From an uncultured bacterium (lineage in GTDB: Bacteria > Myxococcota_A > CAZTSL01), in the NCBI GenBank assembly GCA_964616915.1, contig CAZTSL010000006.1, positions 3,929 to 67,928 of the forward strand: a DNA stretch of 64,000 nt. The letters are read 5' to 3'. Each line of letters starts with the position of its first letter. Within the stretch, counting starts at the first letter, position 1. Positions 28,559 to 38,291 of this stretch are shown piece by piece. The notes below the pieces were generated by a model. The model saw only the letters and a program-made list of their open reading frames with translations, was not told the DNA's origin and did not search any database. Position numbers and translations under genes: made by a program.

Positions 28559-30850
28559 ATGAACCGGAAGCTGGAGAGCCTGGCGATCTTTCTCGCCACG
28601 CACCGTCGGATTTTCCTCCTGCTGGCCCTGCTGGCCTTCCTCTACTTCGGGAGATGGGCCAGCCGGCTTGGTGTCGATTCCGGCAACGAGGCGCTCTTTC
28701 TGCGGGACGACCCTGCGCGCGCCGCCCAGGCGCGCTTCGAGGAGCATTTCGGGGGGAACGATCCGATCGTGGTGGCGATCGAAGGGGAGATCTTCTCCGC
28801 GCGCGGGCTCGAGCGTCTCGATGCGCTCACCGAGGCACTCGCTGCGCGACCGGGGGTGACGCAGGTCCTTTCCCTCACGAACTTCGAGAACATCTACAAG
28901 GGTCCTCTCGAGATCTACACGTGGGCGCCCTACGAATCGGTCGTGGATGGGGACGAAACGATCGAAGCCTTCGCCGCGGAGGTCCTCTCGGAGCCGCTGT
29001 GTCGGGGGAACCTGATCTCTCCGGATGGGAGGACTGCGGCCGTGATCGTGACGATCTCCGGGGGAGGGGGGGCACGCGTACGGGAGTTGCTGCGCACCGC
29101 CAAATCGTTCGAGGGGGAGGGCTACCACGTCTACGTAGCGGGATTCCCGATCGAACGTTTCACGATGGCCGAGACGATCCGGCGGGATCGACGCCGCCTC
29201 GTCCCCCTCTCCGTGCTCGTGATCGCGCTGACGACGGCGTTCCTCTTCCGGCAGCTCTGGGGGGTTCTCCTCCCCCTGCTCACCGTGGGGCTCTCCGTGA
29301 CGGTGACGCTGGGGATCGCGGCCCTTCTGGGCAAGACGCTCAACGCGATCACGAACCTCCTCACCCCGCTCGTGATGGTCCTCTCCGTGGCGGTGAGCGT
29401 CAACCTCTGCATTGCCTATACGCAGGAGCGCAGGACGCACGCGCCGGGGATCGCCGCGATCGGGGCGGCATTCCGCCGGGTGGGGGGGGCCTGTCTCTTC
29501 ACGACGCTGACGACGATGATCGGTTTCGGAGCGCTTGCGATCTCGAAGGTGCCGGCGATTCGGGATTTCGGCCTCCTCTGTGCCGTGGGGGTGGGGGTCT
29601 CCTATCTGGCTGCGCTCCTCCTCCTTCCTCCCCTCTTCGCGCTGCCGTGGGGGTGGGGCCCCCGACGTCTGCACGCCCGTCCCGGCAAGGTCGAGGGGCT
29701 CCTCTCCGCCACGGCGCCGATGATCGGCCGGCACTACCGGGCCATTCTCGGACTCGCCTTCCTGGTCATCGTGGCGGCGTTCTTCGGGATCGGACGGATC
29801 GAAGTGGAGACCGACATCCTGGCCCAGCTCCCCCCCGACGCCGAGTTCGTCCGCGCAACGAAGGTGATCGATGACCGGCTCGGCGGCGTCAACACGATCG
29901 AATTCCTCTTCACCGGCGCCCCTGGTGCATTCGAAGACTTTGCCACGATGCGGGCCCTCCATGCCTTCCAGGAGGAAATCCGTGCATACCCCGAAATCCG
30001 CAAGACCCTTTCGATCCTCGACATCGTGGCGCGGATCGAGGAGGTACGGAGCGGCAGGCGGGGTTTCCCCCGGGACGCGGAGACCTTGCGCTACGAGCTT
30101 CGTCTCCTCGAGCATGCGCCGCCGGAATCTCCGGTTCACCTCCTCATCACACCCGACCGGCGTGTTGCGCGTCTCAGCGTGCGTCTCGGCGCGCTTCCCG
30201 CATCGAAGGTCTATGCGTTGATCGAACGGCTCGAGCGGCGGGCGGCACGACTCGTTCCACCTGCGATTCGGGTGGAACCGGCCGGGGAGTTCGTCCTCAT
30301 CCAGAACATGACGCATGAGCTTCCCTATGCGCAGGTGCGTGGAATCGTGTTGGCCACGCTCCTCATCGTCTTCGTGATCTCCCTCCTCTTCCGTTCGTTG
30401 CGTGCCGGCCTTCTGTCGGCGCTCCCCGCCTCGATTCCGATCCTCTTCGTCTATGGGGTGATGGGGTGGTTCGGAATTGATCTTTCGACGACGACGAGCA
30501 TGATCGCCTCGGTGGTGCTGGGACTCGCCGTCGATTCGACGATCCTCTTCCTCTCCCGTTTCCTGGCCGAGGTGCAAGGAGGGTGTTCCGTGTCTGCAGC
30601 CACGGAACGGATGCTCGAGACGGCGGGGCAATCGGTGAGTTACTCGAATCTCACGCTCGTCTTCGGCTTCGGGATCAGTGCGCTCTCGCACTTCCCGCCG
30701 GTCCGCAACTTCGGGATCCTCTGCGCGGGCACGATCGCGTGTAGCTTCCTCGGCGCGGTCTTCCTCCTCGGCGCACTCCTCCAGACCTCCCTCGCCGCCG
30801 GCGGTGGTGTAGGGGGGACACCGGACGCGAAGGAGCGGGAAGGGGATTGA
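28559..30850 (+). CDS. RND-superfamily MMPL-type exporter (HpnN-like), 763 aa
   Basis: Internal ATG MNRKLESLAIFLATHRRIFLLLALLAFLYFG. Two 6-TM bundles are separated by a periplasmic domain, with MMPL-type repeats (...GFPIERFTMAETIRRD... / ...LTLVFGFGISALSHFPPVRNFG...). Confidence 0.7.
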   Translation: MNRKLESLAIFLATHRRIFLLLALLAFLYFGRWASRLGVDSGNEALFLRDDPARAAQARFEEHFGGNDPIVVAIEGEIFSARGLERLDALTEALAARPGVTQVLSLTNFENIYKGPLEIYTWAPYESVVDGDETIEAFAAEVLSEPLCRGNLISPDGRTAAVIVTISGGGGARVRELLRTAKSFEGEGYHVYVAGFPIERFTMAETIRRDRRRLVPLSVLVIALTTAFLFRQLWGVLLPLLTVGLSVTVTLGIAALLGKTLNAITNLLTPLVMVLSVAVSVNLCIAYTQERRTHAPGIAAIGAAFRRVGGACLFTTLTTMIGFGALAISKVPAIRDFGLLCAVGVGVSYLAALLLLPPLFALPWGWGPRRLHARPGKVEGLLSATAPMIGRHYRAILGLAFLVIVAAFFGIGRIEVETDILAQLPPDAEFVRATKVIDDRLGGVNTIEFLFTGAPGAFEDFATMRALHAFQEEIRAYPEIRKTLSILDIVARIEEVRSGRRGFPRDAETLRYELRLLEHAPPESPVHLLITPDRRVARLSVRLGALPASKVYALIERLERRAARLVPPAIRVEPAGEFVLIQNMTHELPYAQVRGIVLATLLIVFVISLLFRSLRAGLLSALPASIPILFVYGVMGWFGIDLSTTTSMIASVVLGLAVDSTILFLSRFLAEVQGGCSVSAATERMLETAGQSVSYSNLTLVFGFGISALSHFPPVRNFGILCAGTIACSFLGAVFLLGALLQTSLAAGGGVGGTPDAKEREGD

Positions 30851-30965
30851 GGCATCGGCCAGGATCGCTCACGGCGAACCGACCGGAACGTTGTTCTTTC
30901 AGGGAGGGATCGTGGAGAGCAACCGGAAGAAGGGATCACCATGCTCATCAATCCCCCGGCACTGG

Positions 30966-30994
30966 TTGTCGAGTAAGTGATTTGTTGGTATACT
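30966..30994 (+). promoter_or_regulatory. sigma70-like promoter TTGTCG-17-TATACT upstream of a uORF and the serine hydrolase gene
   Basis: ttgtcg-agtaagtgatttgttgg-tatact. A GGAGGT Shine-Dalgarno follows about 7 nt downstream. Confidence 0.4.
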
Positions 30995-31014
30995 CCTCTT
31001 GGAGGTACCAGAGG

Positions 31015-31086
31015 ATGAACGGAGAATCCACCATGAGTTGTGTGGCCTGCCACTCCCGTGAGGTTGTGAAGAATGGGGGCCGGTGA
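31015..31086 (+). CDS. 23 aa upstream ORF (MNGESTMSCVACHSREVVKNGGR) with SD; possible leader peptide
   Basis: GGAGGT lies 9 nt before the ATG. It contains CVACH (a CxxCH-like motif). Coding status is unproven. Confidence 0.2.
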   Translation: MNGESTMSCVACHSREVVKNGGR

Positions 31087-31214
31087 AGACCCGCGTGATG
31101 CGGGGGGGAGTTGCTTCTCTGCGGAACGCTTCGCCCGGGCCGCAGCCCGCGCCGACTACGCCCCGACCTCCGGATCGCGCTCGTAGGTGTCCGTCTCGTT
31201 CGCGAGGTGACGGA

Positions 31215-32483
31215 ATGATCGAACGGATCCCGCTCGACATCGGAGAAGAACGAATCCGCCCCTTCCCGCCGGAGGCGGTCACCAGCCGGGAAGGCTCCGC
31301 CGAAGTCCCTGCCGAGGCCGGTGGGATGCGTCCCGAGGACGTGGAAGCGATCTGGAACGCGGTGCTCAGACTCTACCGCCACCGCCTCCATCCAGCGATC
31401 GCACTCTCGATCCGCAGGAGGGGAGCCGTGATCCTCGACCGTGCGATCGGGCACCTCAGCGGCAATACCCCCGGCGATCCCGAGGACACGCCACGGATTC
31501 CGGCCACGCCGAAGACGCTCTTCAATCTCTTCTCCGCCTCGAAGGCGGTGACCGCGATGGTCGTGCATCTCCTCAACGAACGGAACCGCGTCCATCTCGA
31601 CGACCCTGTGGCGGAGTACGTGCCGGCCTTCGGGCAGAGAGGGAAAGGGTGGATCACGCTGCGCCATGTGCTCACACATCGGGCAGGGATCCCCAGCGTG
31701 CCCGATCAGGATCTCGATCTCGACATCCTCACCGACTTCGACGAGATTTTCGGCCGGATCTGCGCCCTTACCCCGCAGTGGAAGGCAGGGCGCAGACTCG
31801 CCTATCACGCCCTGACCGGCGGCTACGTCATCGACGCCGTGGTACGGGCCGTGACGGGACTCGACATCCGGACCTTCCTGCATCGTGAGATCCTCGATCC
31901 CCTCGGATTCCGGGATTTCAGCTACGGCGTGCCGGAAAACCGACTCGGGGAGGTGGCGCGCCACGCCTTTACCGGTTCCCCGGCGCGCCCCCCCTATTCG
32001 TGGCTGATGAAGCGGGTGCTTGGGGTTTCGATCCGGGAGGCGGTGGAGATCTCGAACGATCCTCGTTTCCTCACCGCGATCGTTCCTTCCGGCAACATCA
32101 TCACGACCGCCAACGAGGCCAGCCGCTTCTTTCAACTGCTCCTCGACGGTGGTGAACTCGACGGCGTGCGGATCTTCGACCCACGGACGATCCGCAGGGC
32201 CGTGGCCGAGCAGAGCTACCTCGAGTTCGACCTTATGCTCTGCCTGCCGGTCCGTTACGGGATGGGCTTCATGCTCGGAGACCGGCGCTTCAGTATCTAC
32301 GGTCCCGAAACGCCAAAAGCCTTCGGACACCTCGGTTTTACGAACGTCGTCGTCTATGCGGACCCGCAGCGGGCGATCAGCGTGGCGCTCATGACGAGCG
32401 GCAAACCGTTCATCACGCCCAGGGCCTTCTACTGGTACAACGTCATGCGCACGATCGCCCAACGCTGCCCCAGGATTCGATGA
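31215..32483 (+). CDS. serine hydrolase of the beta-lactamase/transpeptidase-like superfamily (class C beta-lactamase / esterase-like)
   Basis: SxxK motif FSASKAVTAMVVHLL. Also YHALTGGYVIDAVV and HLGFTNVVVYADP. Confidence 0.65.
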   Translation: MIERIPLDIGEERIRPFPPEAVTSREGSAEVPAEAGGMRPEDVEAIWNAVLRLYRHRLHPAIALSIRRRGAVILDRAIGHLSGNTPGDPEDTPRIPATPKTLFNLFSASKAVTAMVVHLLNERNRVHLDDPVAEYVPAFGQRGKGWITLRHVLTHRAGIPSVPDQDLDLDILTDFDEIFGRICALTPQWKAGRRLAYHALTGGYVIDAVVRAVTGLDIRTFLHREILDPLGFRDFSYGVPENRLGEVARHAFTGSPARPPYSWLMKRVLGVSIREAVEISNDPRFLTAIVPSGNIITTANEASRFFQLLLDGGELDGVRIFDPRTIRRAVAEQSYLEFDLMLCLPVRYGMGFMLGDRRFSIYGPETPKAFGHLGFTNVVVYADPQRAISVALMTSGKPFITPRAFYWYNVMRTIAQRCPRIR

Positions 32484-32650
32484 ACTCCGACGATGGGGCC
32501 ATTGGGATCGTTGGCTCATGGGGCTACTCTGCTGATGGACGGATTCGGTTGGGGTAGGGGCCGTCCCCTCCATCGCCATCATTCTCAACGATCCACGACA
32601 GGCCATGCCTTCCTCAGCAATTTCGCCTCATGAGCCCGTTCGCTCGTGAC

Positions 32651-32679
32651 GTTTGACTTCCCGAAGGAATCGTGTACAA
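32651..32679 (+). promoter_or_regulatory. sigma70-like promoter TTTGAC(T)-16/17-TACAAT about 90 nt upstream of glgP
   Basis: tttgacttcccgaaggaatcgtgtacaat. Confidence 0.45.
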
Positions 32680-32769
32680 TGCATCCTTCCCCTCTGAGAG
32701 GGACGTCGTAGAGAGCATCGCCGGGCAGGAGGGGAAGGTCCCGGCCGGGTAGGGATCTCTGGAGCAGCC

Positions 32770-35232
32770 ATGAGCCTCATGAAGAAACGGAGCGATATCG
32801 TTGCGGAGTATCGGTCTGCGATCGAGCGGCACCTGCGTTATTCGCTCGGACGCAAACGGGAGGATGCGACACCGAGCGACATCCTCAACGCCGTCTCCCT
32901 TGCGGTGCGCGATCCGTTGATCGACGCCTGGATCGAGACGCAAGCGCGCTACGACCAGGCCGATGCCAAACGGCTCTACTATCTGTCGATGGAGTACCTG
33001 ATCGGACGGTCGCTGGGGAACAACCTCTGCAACCTGGGGATCTTCGATCTCTGCGCCTCGGCGCTCCAGCAGATCGGCTACGATCTTTCCGACATCCTGG
33101 AGGTGGAGCCGGACGCGGCGCTGGGCAACGGCGGGCTGGGGCGGCTGGCCGCCTGTTTCCTCGACTCCCTGGCAACGCTCGGGATGCCGGGGTACGGCTA
33201 TGGGATCAACTACGAATTCGGCCTCTTCAAGCAGGTGATCGAAAACGGCTATCAGAAGGAGTATCCCGACCATTGGCGGGCGCACGGTTCCCCCTGGACG
33301 ATCGAGTATCCCCATGAGTTGTGCAAGGTCCCGGTCTATGGTTCCCTCGAGCGGGGGGTGGCCCCTTCCGGCCCCTTCGAGGCCCAGTGGGTGAAACCGC
33401 GGATTCTGATCGGCGTTCCGCACGACATGCCGATCGTGGGGTACGGCGGGAACACCGTCAATCACCTCCGCCTCTACACGGCGCAGGCTTCCCACGAGTT
33501 CGACATGGAGATCTTCAACCAGGGGGACTACATCAAGGCGGTGGAGCAGAAGATCCTCTCCGAGACGATCTCCAAGGTGCTCTATCCCTCCGACTCCGTC
33601 CTCTCCGGCAAGGAACTGCGCCTCTTGCAGGAGTACTTCCTCGTCTCCTGTGCCCTTCAGGACATCCTGCGCCGCTACCGGAAGCGGTACAGTTCGTTCG
33701 ACCCCTTCCCGGAGAAAGTGGCGGTGCAGCTCAACGACACGCACCCTGCCCTGGCCGTGGCGGAGCTGATGCGACTCTTCGTGGACGAACATGCGCTCTC
33801 CTGGGAGACGGCGTGGGATCTCACCCGTCGGACCCTGGCCTTCACGAACCACACCCTCCTCCCCGAGGCGCTCGAGACGTGGTCACTCTCCCTCTTCGAG
33901 CGCGTCCTTCCCCACCACCTTCAGATCATCTACAAGATCAACGAACGCTTCCTCGGAGAGGTGGCCCATATCTGGCCAGACAAGCCGGAGGTGCTTCCCC
34001 GGATGTCGATCATCTCGGAGGAGAACGGCAACAAAGTCATCCGCATGGCCCATCTGGCGATCGTGGGGAGCCACTCCGTCAACGGCGTGGCCCGGCTCCA
34101 CTCCGAACTCGTCAAGACGAAGCTCGTCCCCGAGTTCTACGCCCTCTGGCCCGAGAAGTTCAACAACAAGACCAACGGCGTCACGCAGCGCAGATGGCTC
34201 CTCAAGGCCAATCCGCGGCTGGCAGGCCTGATCTCGCGTACGATCGGCGATCGGTGGATCACCCAACTCGAGAAACTCCGGGAACTGGAGACCTATGCCA
34301 CCGACCCGGAGATCCAGACCGAGTTCACCTCGATCAAGCGGATGAACAAGACGCGTCTTGCCCGTGTCGTTCAGGAGACCACCGGCGTCTCGATCGATCC
34401 TTCCTCCCTCTTCGACATCCAGGTGAAGCGGATCCATGAGTACAAACGCCAGCTGCTCAACGTCATGCAGATCATCCACCGTTACCTCTCGATCGTCGAG
34501 GATGGCCGCGAGCCCGACGTGTCGCGCACCTGCATCTTCGCGGGGAAGGCCGCGCCGGGCTACTGGGAGGCGAAACAGATCATCAAGCTGATCAACGCCG
34601 TGGCCGAAAGGATCAACAGCGACCCCAGGGCCAACGAATTCCTCCGCGTCGTCTTCATCCCCGACTACCGCGTCTCCCTGGCGGAAAAGATCATCCCCGC
34701 CGCCGACTTGAGCGAGCAGATCTCCACTGCAGGCAAGGAGGCCTCCGGAACGGGGAACATGAAGTTCGCGATGAACGGCGCGTTGACGATGGGGACGCTC
34801 GACGGGGCGAACATCGAGATCCGCGAGGAGGTCGGTCCCGAGAACATCTTCATCTTCGGTCTCACCGCCGACGAGATCGAACGGATGCGTGCGGAAAACG
34901 CCTACGACCCCCAGCGCTTCTACGAGGAGGACGAACGGATCCGTCGCGTGGTAGACACCTTCTCCAGTGACCTCTTCGCGCCCGACGAACCGGGCATCTT
35001 CACCTGGATCAAGGAGAAACTCCTGCAGGGGGGGGATCCCTACTTCCATCTCGCGGACCTCGGTGCCTACATCGAGATCCAGCAGGCTGCCGACGACCTC
35101 TACCTCGATCCGAAAACGTGGTACCGCAAGGCGATCCTCAACGTCGCCCGGATCGGAAAGTTTTCGAGCGACCGGACGATCCGGGAATATGCCCGTGACA
35201 TCTGGGAGATCTCGCCGGTCTTGCCCGAGTGA
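32770..35232 (+). CDS. glgP: glycogen/alpha-glucan phosphorylase
   Basis: 820 aa. Phosphorylase signatures (...EASGTGNMKFAMNGALTMGTLDGANIEI...) and the PLP-Lys region are present. Confidence 0.95.
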   Translation: MSLMKKRSDIVAEYRSAIERHLRYSLGRKREDATPSDILNAVSLAVRDPLIDAWIETQARYDQADAKRLYYLSMEYLIGRSLGNNLCNLGIFDLCASALQQIGYDLSDILEVEPDAALGNGGLGRLAACFLDSLATLGMPGYGYGINYEFGLFKQVIENGYQKEYPDHWRAHGSPWTIEYPHELCKVPVYGSLERGVAPSGPFEAQWVKPRILIGVPHDMPIVGYGGNTVNHLRLYTAQASHEFDMEIFNQGDYIKAVEQKILSETISKVLYPSDSVLSGKELRLLQEYFLVSCALQDILRRYRKRYSSFDPFPEKVAVQLNDTHPALAVAELMRLFVDEHALSWETAWDLTRRTLAFTNHTLLPEALETWSLSLFERVLPHHLQIIYKINERFLGEVAHIWPDKPEVLPRMSIISEENGNKVIRMAHLAIVGSHSVNGVARLHSELVKTKLVPEFYALWPEKFNNKTNGVTQRRWLLKANPRLAGLISRTIGDRWITQLEKLRELETYATDPEIQTEFTSIKRMNKTRLARVVQETTGVSIDPSSLFDIQVKRIHEYKRQLLNVMQIIHRYLSIVEDGREPDVSRTCIFAGKAAPGYWEAKQIIKLINAVAERINSDPRANEFLRVVFIPDYRVSLAEKIIPAADLSEQISTAGKEASGTGNMKFAMNGALTMGTLDGANIEIREEVGPENIFIFGLTADEIERMRAENAYDPQRFYEEDERIRRVVDTFSSDLFAPDEPGIFTWIKEKLLQGGDPYFHLADLGAYIEIQQAADDLYLDPKTWYRKAILNVARIGKFSSDRTIREYARDIWEISPVLPE

Positions 35233-35278
35233 GCGCAGAGACGAAGGAGAGGCTGCCAGCTGTCGAAGCGGAATCCGC

Positions 35279-35307
35279 TTGACACTCATCCCCCCTCCCG
35301 CTAGAAT
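35279..35307 (+). promoter_or_regulatory. near-consensus sigma70 promoter TTGACA-17-TAGAAT about 115 nt upstream of gyrA
   Basis: ttgaca-ctcatcccccctcccgc-tagaat. A 6 bp stem-loop (aagcgg-aat-ccgctt) overlaps the -35 element. Confidence 0.5.
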
Positions 35308-35421
35308 GTGCCGTTTTTCAGGGAGTTTTCACGATTCCGGGGAGGAGCTGGCGGATGTGCCGGCGGCCTTCCGATCGGAGCATCGAACGTTCGGATTTTC
35401 GAAGCGAGGTGGGTGTAGGAG

Positions 35422-37935
35422 ATGGACGAGCTGGGAGCCATGCAGCCTGCAAGCGGCGGGAACGCCCGGAGGGAACCGATTCCGGTGAACATCGAGGACG
35501 AGATGAAGTCCTCCTACATGGATTACGCGATGAGCGTGATCATCGGACGGGCGCTCCCCGATGTGCGGGATGGGCTCAAACCGGTTCACCGGCGGGTCCT
35601 CTTCGCGATGAACGAGCTGGGCAATACGTGGAACCGGCCCTACAAGAAATCGGCTCGCATCGTGGGGGACGTGATCGGAAAATACCACCCGCATGGCGAC
35701 CAGGCGGTCTACGATACGATCGTGCGGATGGCCCAGGACTTCTCGATGCGCTATCCCCTGATCGATGGGCAGGGGAACTTCGGTTCGATCGATGGGGATC
35801 CCCCGGCGGCGATGCGCTACACCGAGGTGCGCATGACACGCCTTGCCAGTGAGATGCTCGTCGATCTCGACAAGGAGACGGTCGAATTCGGACCGAACTA
35901 CGACGAATCACTGACCGAGCCGCTTCTGTTGCCCTGCCGCTTCCCGAATCTGCTCGTCAACGGTTCCGCCGGGATCGCGGTCGGCATGGCCACGAACATC
36001 CCCCCTCACAACCTCAACGAGGTCGTCGATGGCCTGATCGCGCTCATCGACAACCCGGCGATCACGGTCAACGAGCTGATCGGCATCGTGCCCGGACCTG
36101 ATTTCCCGACCGGTGGCTTCATCCATGGCAGGAGCGGTATCGAGCAGGCCTACCGCACCGGCCGGGGCTCGATCCAGATGCGGGCCCGCACCCATGTCGA
36201 GACGAACCGCAAGGGGGACCGCGCCTCGATCGTGGTCACCGAAATCCCCTATCAGGTGAACAAGAGTCGTCTCCTCGAGACGATCGCAGAACTCGCGCGC
36301 GAAAAGAAGATCGACGGGATCGCCGAGGTGCGGGACGAGTCGGACCGCGAGGGGATGCGGATCGTCATCGACCTCAAACGCGATTTCACCGACAAGCACG
36401 AGATCGTCCTCAATCAGCTCTTCAAGCACACGAAATTGCAAGATTCCTTCGGGATCATCATGCTCGGGATCCTCAACCACGAGCCGCGGGTCTTCAACCT
36501 CAAGGAACTCCTCGTGGCCTTTCTCTCCCACCGCAAGGAGGTCGTCACCCGCCGCTGCCGCTACGAACTGAAGGAGGCCAGAAAGCGCCTCCACATCCTC
36601 GAAGGCTTCCGGATCGCCTTCGATCACCTCGAGGCGGTCATCGATCGGATCAAGCGCGCCGGGAATCCAGCCGAGGCCAAGGGGGCACTCGTGGCGGACT
36701 ACGGGATGAGCGAGATCCAGGCGCAGTCGATCCTCGACATGCGTCTGCATCGTCTCACCTCGCTGGAGCGGGAGAAGATCGTCCAGGAGCATGCCGACAT
36801 CTCTGCTCAGATCGAAAAGCTCGAAACGGTCCTGCGTAGCGAGCGGCTCATCCTCGACATCATCCGGGAGGAACTGATCGAGGTCAAGGTCCGCTACGGC
36901 GATCCCCGCCGCACGGAGATCATCGATCAGGAGAGCGAGATCAACATCGAGGATATCATCGCCGACGAGGACATGGTCGTGACGATCTCCCATGGCGGCT
37001 ACATCAAGCGCAGCCCGATGGACGTCTATCGTCACCAGAAGCGCGGGGGGAAGGGGAAGATCGGCATGACGACGAAGGAGGACGACTTCGTCGAACATCT
37101 CTTCATCGCCTCGATGCACTCCTACATCCTCTTCTTCACGACGCTCGGCAAGGTCTACTGGCTCAAGGTCTACAACATCCCGGAGCAGGCACGTTCCTCG
37201 CGAGGGAAAGCGATCGTCAACTTCTTCCGGCTCGAGCCCGGGGAGAAGATTTCCGCATTCCTGCCGGTCCGCGCCTTCGAGGAGCATCGCTACGTCGTCA
37301 TGGCCACCCGCCACGGAAAGGTCAAGAAGACCGATCTGTTGCAGTTCAAGAACGTCCGAAAGGATGGCTCGGGCATCCGTGCACTCAGGCTCGAGGCGGG
37401 GGATGAACTCATCGGAGTGCGGATGACCGACGGGAACCAGGAGATCCTTCTCTCCACCAAGGGAGGAAAGGCGATCCGCTTCTCCGAGAGCGAGGTCCGC
37501 AACATGGGGCGCACCGCCGCCGGCGTCAAGGGCATCACTCTCGCCGATGGGGACGAAGTCGTCAGCCTCGAGGTCCTCACCCCCGGTGCCACGATCCTCT
37601 CCGTGTGCGCCAATGGCTACGGCAAGAGGACCCCGGTGGAGGAATACCGCCGACAGCAGCGGGGCGGACAGGGGATCATCACGATCAAGACGACCCGCCG
37701 AAACGGTCCCGTGGTGGGCATCCTTCAGGTCACGAAGGACGAAGACGTGATCCTCATGACCTCGAGCGGCAAGATCATCCGGATCCGGGCAACGGAGATC
37801 CGGGTGACGGGGCGAAACACGCAGGGCGTGCGTCTCGTCCGCACGAATCCCGGCGAAACGGTCGTCGCCGTGGTGCCCGTCGCGGAACGGGAAGTGAGCG
37901 AGGCGGGCAATGACCCCCTCCTGCCCGGTCTGTGA
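35422..37935 (+). CDS. gyrA: DNA gyrase subunit A
   Basis: ...[43 protein letters not shown]..., with the active-site Tyr region ...AAMRYTE... and C-terminal beta-pinwheel repeats. Confidence 0.95.
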   Translation: MDELGAMQPASGGNARREPIPVNIEDEMKSSYMDYAMSVIIGRALPDVRDGLKPVHRRVLFAMNELGNTWNRPYKKSARIVGDVIGKYHPHGDQAVYDTIVRMAQDFSMRYPLIDGQGNFGSIDGDPPAAMRYTEVRMTRLASEMLVDLDKETVEFGPNYDESLTEPLLLPCRFPNLLVNGSAGIAVGMATNIPPHNLNEVVDGLIALIDNPAITVNELIGIVPGPDFPTGGFIHGRSGIEQAYRTGRGSIQMRARTHVETNRKGDRASIVVTEIPYQVNKSRLLETIAELAREKKIDGIAEVRDESDREGMRIVIDLKRDFTDKHEIVLNQLFKHTKLQDSFGIIMLGILNHEPRVFNLKELLVAFLSHRKEVVTRRCRYELKEARKRLHILEGFRIAFDHLEAVIDRIKRAGNPAEAKGALVADYGMSEIQAQSILDMRLHRLTSLEREKIVQEHADISAQIEKLETVLRSERLILDIIREELIEVKVRYGDPRRTEIIDQESEINIEDIIADEDMVVTISHGGYIKRSPMDVYRHQKRGGKGKIGMTTKEDDFVEHLFIASMHSYILFFTTLGKVYWLKVYNIPEQARSSRGKAIVNFFRLEPGEKISAFLPVRAFEEHRYVVMATRHGKVKKTDLLQFKNVRKDGSGIRALRLEAGDELIGVRMTDGNQEILLSTKGGKAIRFSESEVRNMGRTAAGVKGITLADGDEVVSLEVLTPGATILSVCANGYGKRTPVEEYRRQQRGGQGIITIKTTRRNGPVVGILQVTKDEDVILMTSSGKIIRIRATEIRVTGRNTQGVRLVRTNPGETVVAVVPVAEREVSEAGNDPLLPGL

Positions 37936-38141
37936 GCCGGGATCCTGGAAGGGCGCACCTCGAAACCGTGATGCCCGAACCATCGGGAATATCCTGCGGC
38001 TCTGAGGAGACGACAGGAGGCGGGGAGCCAGGCCGCGGCGTGCCCCGTTTTCCAAGCGCATTGCCAGCGATGCAATGTCCGGGGGGAGGATCTGGAACCC
38101 ACCCCGGCGAGGATGACGTGTTTTCTTCCTGAAAGCTCTCC

Positions 38142-38169
38142 TTGACTTCGGGCAGAGAGGACTTATGCT
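38142..38169 (+). promoter_or_regulatory. sigma70-like promoter TTGACT-16-TATGCT about 120 nt upstream of the 666 aa secreted protein gene
   Basis: ttgact-tcgggcagagaggact-tatgct. Confidence 0.45.
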
Positions 38170-38291
38170 GAAAGAGGGGAAGAACGATCGGGATCCTTCG
38201 GTCCCGACGAAGAGAGAGGAAATCCCCATTTCCTCCCTGATGCATACCGGACAGAGGCCTTTGGGGAAAACGACGGAAAGAGAGGAATGCC

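Noticed and set aside
35908-38229. 773 aa minus-strand ORF
   Set aside because: It is antisense to gyrA.
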